A stretch of 63,068 bases of DNA, the filler included, from Folioceros fuciformis (Eukaryota): assembly GCA_049999805.1 (NCBI GenBank). It is 3 parts of 2 records of this genome, joined end to end, with 100 filler letters (N's around TTAATTAATTAA, not from the genome) between each part and the next. Parts side by side here need not be neighbours in the genome. Positions count along the whole stretch, not along the records: positions 21,874 to 50,205 come from JBNGIO010005624.1; positions 50,306 to 63,068 come from JBNGIO010005626.1; 1 more part is not named here. One strand, 5' to 3'. Below are positions 45,890-55,540 of this stretch, piece by piece. Each line of letters opens with the position of its first letter. Position 1 is the stretch's first letter. The notes beneath the pieces are model-generated. The model did no database searches. It was not told the DNA's origin and saw only the letters and a list, made by a program, of their open reading frames with translations. The translations under genes were made by a program, and so were the position numbers.

Positions 45890-48800
45890 TCACGGTCGAC
45901 CCTTACAACTGCAATAACCTGCTGCAAATCGATGCACACGGTATCCATCCCTTACCACAATATCTCTCTGTTCAAGCCTCGACATTATCTCCGTGGAACT
46001 GTGGCAGTCACTGCACATGCGTAGATTCTTGGTCACCACCAGAGGTGTGCCACTCGGAGTATTCAACAGACCAAACGCCAGAGCTAGCTTCTCAGCATGG
46101 CCACAAAGTACATCTTCCTTTTCCCGCTCACACACTGGCTTCAGCACCAGCTTTGTGTGAGGTACGTGGCCACCTTCCTCCTTCACACGTGCATTCGTGC
46201 TCTCCACCTTCAGCGCAATATCCTTTGTCCTGTCTCCAACCATAAACTGATGCACCTCCTTATTCACCTCAATGTTCGCCACTGCGGGTTTCTTGCAAGC
46301 TCCTGCTGCCTTTCTCTCTGTTTCTATCCTCTCTACATCGCTCCACCTACCTGCGTCTGCGTAGACATTGGCCATGAGCACATACGCAGACGCCTGTTGA
46401 GGGTCCAGCCTCACAATGCGTTCAAAACACCACACCGCCCTCTCCATATCCCCGTGACTTTTGCACGAGTTCAGTAAAGACGTCAACCCCACAACATTGC
46501 TTTGGCCCTCATACTCGCACTCACACGATAATAGCATCTTCTCTGCCTCATCTAAGTGGCCAGCGCGCCCAAGAAGGTCGATCATGCAACTGTAATGCTC
46601 CATGCTAGGTTTGATGCTATATTCTTCAGCCATGGAATCGAAGTGTTTGTAACCCTCGTGCACCAGTCCCTCATGGCTGCATGCTACTAGGAGGCACGTA
46701 AAAGTGGCGTCATCGGGCTGAACACCGGCGACTAACATCTCCTCAAAACAAGCTAGTGCCTTGTCACCTTCATCGCAAGCACCATACCCAGCAATCAGGG
46801 AATTCCACGTCACCACATCCTTTGTGGCCAAGCTGTCGAAGACATGGCGTGCAGCTTGTAGGTTACCACACTTTGCATACATGTCCACCAGGCAGTTGCC
46901 CACCACGTTCTTGTCCACTTCACCAGTGCCCACCACAGCGTCACCCAGCAGTCCTCTTTGGACAATCTGTGAGTGCAGTTGCATGCCCTTCTGTAACGCA
47001 CCAGTGCTTGCACACGCCTTCAGAAGGCAAGCAAAAGTAACATGATCAGCCAAAATGAGGCCCGCCTCCTCCTCCATCCGTCCATACACAACCAGTGCCT
47101 CTTGGCCAAGTCCTTGCTGTGAATACCCAGCGATCAGTGCTGTCCACGTCACCACATCTTTTGTGGCCAAGCTGTCAAAAACCTGACGTGCATCTTCCAG
47201 TTCGCCACATTTGACATACATGTCCACCAGGCAGTTCCCCACCATCACGTCGTCGTCTAGCAGTCCCCTTGCCACAACCTGCGAATGCAGTTGCATGCCT
47301 TTCTGCAAGGCGCCAGTGCTTGCACACGCTTTCAGAAGGCAACTGAAAGTAACGTGGTCAGCCAAAATGAGCCCCGCCTCCTCCATCTGTCCGTACACAG
47401 CCAGCGCCTCTTGCCCGAGTCCTTGCTGGGCATAACCACCAATGAGGGCAGTCCATGTCACCACATCCTTTGCGCTCATGGAGTCAAAAACTTCGCGTGC
47501 GTCCTCCATTTCACCACATTTTGCGTACATGTCCATCAGGCAGGTGCCCACCAGTACGTNNNNNNNNNNNNNNNNNNNNNNNNNNNNNNNNNNNNNNNNN
47601 NNNNNNNNNNNNNNNNNNNNNNNNNNNNNNNNNNNNNNNNNNNNNNNNNNNNNNNNNNNGCCCACCAGTACGTCATCCAGCAGCCCTCTTTCCCCAATCT
47701 GTGAGTGCAGCTGCCTGCCCTTCTGTAAGGCGCCAGTGCTTCCACAGGCCTTCAGAAGGCAACCAAAAGTAACACGATCAGCCAAAATGAGGCCCTCCTG
47801 TTCCATTTGTCCATACACAACAAGCGCATCATGTCCCAGCCCTTGCTGGGTATACCCAGCTATGAGGGCATTCCATGTCACCACATTCTTTGTGATCAGG
47901 CTGTCAAACACCTGGCGTGCATCTTTCAGTTCACCACACTTTGCATATCCTGCTATCAGGGCATTCCACGTCACCACATCCTTTGTGGCCATGCTGTCAA
48001 AAACCTGTCGCGCCTCTTTCATGCTGCCACATTTTGCATACATGTCCACCAGGCTGTTGCCGACAAACAAGTTAGCAACAATGCCACTGTGCACCACATC
48101 ACCGTGCACTTTTCTACCCGACTTCAAATCGGCCGCACATGCACAAGCTTGAAGGGCGGCTACAAAAACGTGAGCATCGGCCTTCCCTCCGGACTTGTGC
48201 ATCTCATGGTACAGTTGCACGGCCTCTTTGGGTTTCCCATGCTTGGCGAATGCGGAGATGATGGAAGACCACATGAAGGCATCCGGCTTCCCCACTCTGG
48301 TGAGCACACCCATAGCCTCCTCTAGCCTACCTCCACATGCGTACATGCGCAATATATGATTCCCCACATAAGTATTGGACCCGTACCCAAGTTTAACGCT
48401 GAGATCATGCACCCGTCGCCCCACAACCAAATCCTTCTTGGCCGTACACAGTTTCAGCACAGCGCAAAGCAGGTATGGGGAAAAGGCAAAGTCTGTCTGT
48501 GCCAGGGATTCCAGGGCTACAACGGCCTCCGAGAGCTTCCCCTGCTGACATAGCGTGCTCACGGTAACAGGAGTAACGACGCCCATTTCCGATCCTGCCC
48601 GCCTCCCAGGTTCAGGCTGCTTCTGCGGAGAGGTGGATCCGGGAGGAGAGACACCGTGTCCCATCTGCATATCCAAGGAAACGAGCTTCTCATCAACCCA
48701 AGCTGGCTTGTACATGCTGTTCAGCCACAGCACTTCGCCGGACCCCTTACGCCGGAAGTCAGGCGAACGGGAGCTCTTCTTATCTCGTCTGTTGTCCCAC

Positions 48801-49102
48801 CATCGGGTAGGGTCCAGAAAAAATTGTTGCCACAAGGATTGTTGCTCCTGCTGCTCCTGCTCCTTGCAAACCCCGGCACCGCTGGAAAGCCCGTCTGTAC
48901 CCAAACCGTTTTCAAGGAGTGGAAGTGTTGGTCCAGGGGTCCTTACACTTACACTCCTGCTGCACCTGGAGGACTTGCTTCCCAGGGATTGAACGCCTAA
49001 GATGAGGTGAGCGGGAGGTCCTGAGAGAAGCCCTGCGCACACACCAACTCCAACTGCAATTTGTTGGGTCGACAACGGGTCCGATTGCCATACTGTGGCC
49101 AT
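45890..49102 (-). CDS. PDF-motif + PLS-PPR + DYW:KP protein (internal 100-N gap)
   Basis: LWQQFFLDPTRWWDNRRDKKSSRSPDFRRK; CKKPAVANIEV; GHAEKLA; MCSDCH; ends CSCKGRP; gap 47560-47659 flanked by similar repeat sequence. Confidence 0.9.
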   Translation of the reverse strand: MATVWQSDPLSTQQIAVGVGVCAGLLSGPPAHLILGVQSLGSKSSRCSRSVSVRTPGPTLPLLENGLGTDGLSSGAGVCKEQEQQEQQSLWQQFFLDPTRWWDNRRDKKSSRSPDFRRKGSGEVLWLNSMYKPAWVDEKLVSLDMQMGHGVSPPGSTSPQKQPEPGRRAGSEMGVVTPVTVSTLCQQGKLSEAVVALESLAQTDFAFSPYLLCAVLKLCTAKKDLVVGRRVHDLSVKLGYGSNTYVGNHILRMYACGGRLEEAMGVLTRVGKPDAFMWSSIISAFAKHGKPKEAVQLYHEMHKSGGKADAHVFVAALQACACAADLKSGRKVHGDVVHSGIVANLFVGNSLVDMYAKCGSMKEARQVFDSMATKDVVTWNALIAGYAKCGELKDARQVFDSLITKNVVTWNALIAGYTQQGLGHDALVVYGQMEQEGLILADRVTFGCLLKACGSTGALQKGRQLHSQIGERGLLDDVLVGXXXXXXXXXXXXXXXXXXXXXXXXXXXXXXXXXXVLVGTCLMDMYAKCGEMEDAREVFDSMSAKDVVTWTALIGGYAQQGLGQEALAVYGQMEEAGLILADHVTFSCLLKACASTGALQKGMQLHSQVVARGLLDDDVMVGNCLVDMYVKCGELEDARQVFDSLATKDVVTWTALIAGYSQQGLGQEALVVYGRMEEEAGLILADHVTFACLLKACASTGALQKGMQLHSQIVQRGLLGDAVVGTGEVDKNVVGNCLVDMYAKCGNLQAARHVFDSLATKDVVTWNSLIAGYGACDEGDKALACFEEMLVAGVQPDDATFTCLLVACSHEGLVHEGYKHFDSMAEEYSIKPSMEHYSCMIDLLGRAGHLDEAEKMLLSCECEYEGQSNVVGLTSLLNSCKSHGDMERAVWCFERIVRLDPQQASAYVLMANVYADAGRWSDVERIETERKAAGACKKPAVANIEVNKEVHQFMVGDRTKDIALKVESTNARVKEEGGHVPHTKLVLKPVCEREKEDVLCGHAEKLALAFGLLNTPSGTPLVVTKNLRMCSDCHSSTEIMSRLEQRDIVVRDGYRVHRFAAGYCSCKGRP

Positions 49103-49924
49103 CGTGTGGGAACCGCTGTCGAAAGATAGCCCAACAACACACTAACGAGGATGCCCACATATGGCGCATGACCACGCCCCACGAGCTACCACCGATGCCG
49201 CTGCCCAACCAACATGATGAAAGTCTCCTTTGCCGCTGTGTGCGGGCTTTTGCCACCGGCTATCTTCTCCCATTTCCTTTCTCGTCAGATGCGCAGATTG
49301 CCTTTCAGTGCAAAGATGCGCAGGTTGCCTTTCAGCACCAGATGCTCAGGTTGCCTACGATGAGACATTCCATAGGAGAAGAAAATATATTATTTTCTAT
49401 TATTAAAAACGAGGGAAAAAAATGAAGAGAAGGTACTAGCCTATGGCAAACCAAGTGTCTTTTCACGACGGGTGTCTACGGGCATATACCTCAAGATGCT
49501 TTTTTTTTTAATTCGATTTGTGCATACGTTTTACCCACATATATTTTAAGAGTTTTTCCCAAAAATAAATTCACATACATTCAATGTCACATTTTACATT
49601 CATCCATGGAGCTTCTACATGTTGTTAGGGTTTTTTTGCGGTTGCTTCACCGCAGCAGGCCGCGGACCCGACAGGCTCAGTCATCCTGCATTGCAGCGAT
49701 CGTGACTAGGGCTCGGGCTGAGCCTCGCAGCCATCACCACATCATCACAAACAACACGAATTTCAACAACCCAAGCATATTCATGTTGAGGACATGCTCA
49801 TTGCTAAAGAAACCAAGCGAAAGTCTTCTTTCTTATGGGCTTAGTTGCTAAAGAAACCAAGCAAAGCTTGGTTTCATCTCGGCCAATTGCTATGAATTCC
49901 TCATGGCCAGCTGCTACTTTCTTA

Positions 49925-50080
49925 CCACCTATCAGAATGGGCCTTAGCCCCCGCATGTCAAGCACACTACCTATAACAATTGGCCTCAACCCACGTGCAT
50001 CAAGTATGCTACCTCCAAGAATGGGCCTCAACCCGCTTGCATCAGTTTTACTACCTATAGGATTCAAGCATGCCTCAAGC
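49925..50080 (+). repeat. Degenerate ~42-bp tandem repeat
   Basis: gaatgggcctcaacccgc.tgcatcaag...tacct repeated ~3-4 times. Confidence 0.6.
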
Positions 50081-53000
50081 ATTCATCACCTTTGGTAGGC
50101 ACATGGCTCCATGACCAGTGATCAAGGCCCGTGGCACTTCACCGAGACCTCACAGCTAGGCATTTCTTTTAGAAATCATCTCAACTACACCCATTGCCTC
50201 TATAGNNNNNNNNNNNNNNNNNNNNNNNNNNNNNNNNNNNNNNNNNNNNTTAATTAATTAANNNNNNNNNNNNNNNNNNNNNNNNNNNNNNNNNNNNNNN
50301 NNNNNCCTTCCTACCTTGTTATATCCCAAAGAATGCTTCGAAGCGCATTACATCTAAGCACTATGAGAGCTATAATACCTACCTTGAATACGCTATGTGT
50401 GTCATGTCAAAGCTGATCAGGGCCATAGCCATTGCCAAGTACTTAGTGCTGATAGACCCACCTGCATGTTCCACCAGGCATAGGCATAGATCGGGCAGGG
50501 ATAACGTCAAAGGCTAGATGCGATATCATGCACATCACAACCCATCTAGTCAATAGAAATGGACTCTAAAAACGAATCAGACATACTACCATGGCAGAAT
50601 GTCACTACCATTCCCTCTCCACATGTTTTCCCTTGCAGCAAGACTTGTGTAGGAAAACAGCAACCATGCCTATTGGGTGTAGAAGGCACACAATGTAGGT
50701 CAATAAGCACAAAACTGAACCTGTGCCATCCTGATGCCAACGAGATGCATCAACTCAATGGATTTCAAGCATATAAAAGGTTTGTGGACCAAATGCTTAC
50801 GGTGTTACAACCTAGAGAAAGAATTCCAAGTAGGTGGAGGTAGGTGGAGGAGGCTGTGTGTCAAGAGGCCCATGCCCAGTTCGAACAATAAAGGCCATAG
50901 TCCAGCCCCAAGAGGTATGGATTTGTTGATGGTAGTGCAAGAGTGTGACGGAAACAATGCAGTTGAGAAGAGGATACTTTGCACATCTACCACATCTACC
51001 TGGAACCACCATGGCTCTCAAACCAGGTTTAATTTGTGTTTCCAAGTACCACTTTTACCTCATATCCACATCCTCACATCCTTTGAGCCAAGCATGGCAT
51101 CAAAGGCTTCCTCTCCTCTAGTCCCCACAATTTTGCGTACATGCCCACCAGGCAGGTGGCATAGTACAAACGGGAGGCACACCTTTTAATGAACTCACGG
51201 TTTAGGACGACATACATACTGTTTCACATTCGAATACGAAATCTGACTATTCCCCCATTGACAAGCATGATGTATATTTTCGAATTAGATATAATGTGGG
51301 ATTTGAAGCCACCCGGAAGGGCAGTTCCATTCAGTGGAAAAAAGTCCAAAGGCCGGGATGACGATGAATGGGCTTGGAGCCTAACTGACCTGAGCTGAGC
51401 TCAGGTGGTGGGATCCGACGCTACGCTCCACAAACCTACCTTCCATGTAGAGGAAGGCATCTCTCCTGCACGGAGCAGTGTAGCAACAGTCATGTTCTGT
51501 CCTGTTGTGACAAGTGGGGGAGGGAAGGAAGGCTTGGTGTCTCAATACTCCTCGAGTGTGTGTGCTGTGAGGTTCATGTCCCCTGGTCTGGCCTAGGCTA
51601 GCCTACCCTTGTCTGGTCTCCCAATCCATTGTGTTGTCTGTGAGCATTTGCCCTTGCTACAAAGCAGGTCAGGTCATGCAGACAAGCCATTCTTCATGTT
51701 TGCTTGTACTGGGAAGCCCAGCCCAGCTCGGCATAGCACATCCCAGCATGGAGGCAGTGGAGGAGCCTATACCTGCTGGATAGCCCGGATCCCTTCAGCT
51801 TCCTCACCAATCTTGGGGAGCTAGATGTCTCCAACATCGAAACCATGTCCTCATGATCATCATCGGAGCAACCGGGGTACCAAAAATGGCGCCAACTTCA
51901 ACCCCCTCTCCAACCTCCACATAGCTGACAACCTCCGCTCCCGATGGCTCTAGCTAGTCCTCCAAACTCTCCTTGCAGCCATCTGAGCTAAAATCATCCC
52001 AAGGCACCCAATGCAAATCACCGCAGGAGACATTGATGCCATCCCTGACCCTACCCCCATCCGCCAACCTTCTGTTCAAACCACCCACCGAAACTCTCCC
52101 AGTTGCCACAGCACTGCTTCCACCCTCAAAAGGCTTCAACCCAACCCTCTTCAGACCGTGTACCTGGCCGGCCAGACACACTGCCGCAATGACCTTATCT
52201 TCCTGCGGCCTCCCCTGCTCTCACGGCCGAAATTAGCACCTCCATAGGCTGCTTCCCAAGTTACAGGCCGAATACCATTCACCACTTCCGTGGGAAGAAC
52301 TGATTCACTCTCCCTCCTGCCCCCATTCGTGCAAGGAGCTGGAGAGCTGGGCGGAGCAAACAGCGGCATGTTGGCATCACTTCCAACCTCTAGCCATCAA
52401 TGTCTTGATCAAAACTTCATGAGCGAGCTGTCAATAAGATGGACGGTTGGATGTCTCACAACAAGAGCCTGGAGGCTGGATAGAAGCACCTTAATGGCGG
52501 GAGACGTACACTGCTGCCCTTCACATATTCCCACGCACTCACCGTGCCATGTCATCGGGCTTTCAAACTTTTCTCGAGCTCCGATTATACTTGAATGCTT
52601 CTACACTGCAGCCGCGCCGAGAGTCGAGCCACGACTCATTTTCTTCAACTCCACTTGTGCCAACCTATCTTCAAAATGTGCAGCTGGTTGCCTAGGTCAT
52701 CAGTCCAGTCTCGGGGGGACGATCTCCAAGGGGTTGGGGAATTCTTGCTTGACTTCTTCGGAATCCTCCTCATGGCGACGAACACCAACAGGATGCAATT
52801 TGCGCGGATGCTGAATCTCATGCCCCGATATGAGGGCCTGTGTAGGCACCGTAAACCCTCCGTTCCTCAACGCCTCGCGAGGACGGAACAGCCAAGCTAT
52901 GCCTGTGGCGGAGGGGAATACTGTACCAACAATAGAGATAATCCAAAGCCGAAGGCGAATCCCCAAACGAAACCTATCCGCAAAGCATGATCTGACATCG

Positions 53001-54059
53001 TATTCAGATACCCTACCCTGTCTGCTGTCGTTGCTGCCAGATAGTCTACTCTGTCTGATGTCGTTGCAGCCAGATTGTCAGGAAATAACCGAGAAGACGT
53101 TATCCATTAAACTTGATCTTGAGGTGATCTTGAGGTGAGGCGTTTCTTTGTCAAAGAAGCACAGGCACCAATTTAGACCCCGCTACAGGACGGAAGCTCG
53201 AGGGTGTGAGTTGTCTGTTTGCATTGAACAAACAGAATTGCAGGCCCCGTTCTTTGATTGAATGCAAGTTTCGAGGATGGCAGCAAACAGCATTTGCCTG
53301 TCTTCGTGATCGAGAAGAATCGGTGATAAAGTAGATGCAAACGAGATGATTCACCAACCCTTCGAACACACACTTTCCGAAGCAAAATACTGTGAGTTGG
53401 GGTCCCCACGACACTGAGCTGGCTGCCAAACCCAACCAATGCATGTGATGAGGTCACCAAGACCTTCCCATGGCTCCGGTTGATCTTGCGGCCAGGAGGT
53501 GACTTCAATTGAGTGCGCGACGGCCATTTCGCGAGGACAACATTCCGATGAACAGAAACGCCGGACGTGAACTGTCTTTCTGGTCGTATGAAGAGTCGCA
53601 GTTACCGGTTTCCGGAAACTGCGCATTTTTGTGTTTGAAGCAAGCAGTCCTCGGCATACCAAAGCCCTTGCTTCCTTCTTCACCTTGTCGATAGTCATTC
53701 AGCTTGCTCGCCAAGCACTGAGGAATCAAGATTTTCTTGGATGTGTCCCGCAGCGGTTGAAGGAAAGAATTCCCCGAGATGCTCAATCCTTCCCCTTTTC
53801 TTGTTGGCACACTGTAGAGGAGTGCTTTTCTCGTTGCAAAAGAACTGTGAAATGCTGCTCCTGGTCATGGGCCTGCTAGTCATTCAGGCCTCTGGACCAG
53901 TTTGGACCTGCAATGGATCACACAGACACAACTACCACGATGAAGGGAGGGCATAGTCTGAACCCTGTTCTTGTTTTTGGGAGTCCTGAGGCTCATGATC
54001 TCGGCACAGTAACAAGTCTTGATACACGGCACTCATCACTGGCTGCAGGGCTTTCATCC

Positions 54060-54545
54060 TGATGTCAAAGTCCAATATAATTCTCAAGGCTGAATACCTG
54101 TAAGTGACATCTGCTCGCAGCAAGCTATTGCCTTGTGGCTTCCCACGAAGCACCGTACCCATGGCCCCACATTTGTAGTCTCTTGTGGCCAAGTCTTTCT
54201 CGCGCGCATCTTATAAAGAACACCACATTGCGCATAAATGTCCACGAGGCAGGTGGTGACCACTACTAACGTCATTCAAAGGCGCTCTTTCCACAAGTCG
54301 GGAGTACAGCTGCCTGCCCATCTGTAAGGCACCAGTGTTTCCACAGAAGGCAACCAAGAGGAACATGAGGCTCCCGCCACCTCCGTGCGTTCATACACGG
54401 CAAGTGCCTCTTTACAATGTCCATGCTGGATGCATATGTAAGGGCAGACTGTCCATGTCACGCATCCTGTCAGGCCAAGCATGGCATCAATCCTCGAGTC
54501 CCCACAATTTAAATGCGTACATGCCCACCAGGCAGGTGCCAGATG
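54060..54545 (-). pseudogene. Degraded PLS-PPR fragment
   Basis: Remnants TCLVDIYAQCG, VTWTV, EALAVYE, GALQMGRQL and TCLVGMYA with multiple indels. Confidence 0.75.
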
Positions 54546-55259
54546 TCATGGAGGCAGCAGCATCCTCACCTTTCTGATGCGCTCACAAACGAATGACAAA
54601 CGGACTGTTCCTCGTTCGCATATGCAAGAAATCTGACTTTTCTCCCCGCGGCAGGCATGATACATATGTGGATTCAAGGTTCATACAGTTTAATGGCTGA
54701 CTTGAATGAACCCAAAAAGGCATTCTCATTCGACGCGCCTGGTCCGGACCAACCGCGTTTCCTCCTGATGAGGCCAAAGGAAGGGATGACGATGAATGGG
54801 CTAGGAACCTAGCTGAGCTGAGCTGAGCTCAGGTGCTGGGTCCTACCCTCCACCGACCTGCCGTACCTACAGTACCTGCCTTCCATGTGAAGGAAGAAGG
54901 CATCTATCGTGCAAGCACCAGTGTAGCAAGAGTGATGTCGTGTTGTGACAAGTAGGGGGGAGAGAATTCGAAGGAGGGTTGGCAGCAGCAGCTAAGAAAA
55001 GGTTAGCCTGTCCAGTCCATGATGTTGGCTGGCCCAGACAGTCCACGACACCAAGGTGTGGTTTGATAAAATACTGCACGCAAGAATGGAGGAGGAATAT
55101 CCACTGGTCAGAGACAGAGAGAGAGCGTGGGGAATGGGACAAGCCCAGCACAGCACGCTCATGCGTTGATGAGTGGAGAGTGAGTGAGGCCCGTCAGTTC
55201 TCTTGCCGGCTCCCTCTCAACCCTCTCGGCTCCCGGAGATTCAAGAGTAATCCTAATCC

Positions 55260-55540
55260 TCCCCGAGCGTGTATGCTGTGAGGTTGACGTCCCCTAGGCT
55301 ATCCTTGAGTGGTTTGCCAATCCTCCTCGAGTGGGTGAGCTGTGAGTTTGATGTCCCCATCCCCTAGCCTATCCTTGTGTGGTCTGCCAATCCTCCTCGA
55401 GTGTGCGTGCTTCGGAGGTTGCTGGCTCCTTGCCTATCCTTGTCTAGTCTCCCAATCTCCTCGAGTGTGTGCCTGTGAGCTCTCTGTCTCGTAGCCTGTC
55501 CTTGTCTGGTGTTCCAATCCTCGAGTGCGTGCTTTGAGGT
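55260..55540 (+). repeat. Degenerate ~60-bp tandem repeat upstream of the Roco gene
   Basis: ctatccttg..tggt.t.ccaatcctcctcgagtgtg..tgct.tgagg repeated ~5 times; a related single unit lies at ~51548-51640. Confidence 0.7.

Noticed and set aside
50306-53950. Numerous short ORFs of 60-170 aa
   Set aside because: No recognisable motifs or consistent splice structure; probably decayed gene or TE sequence.
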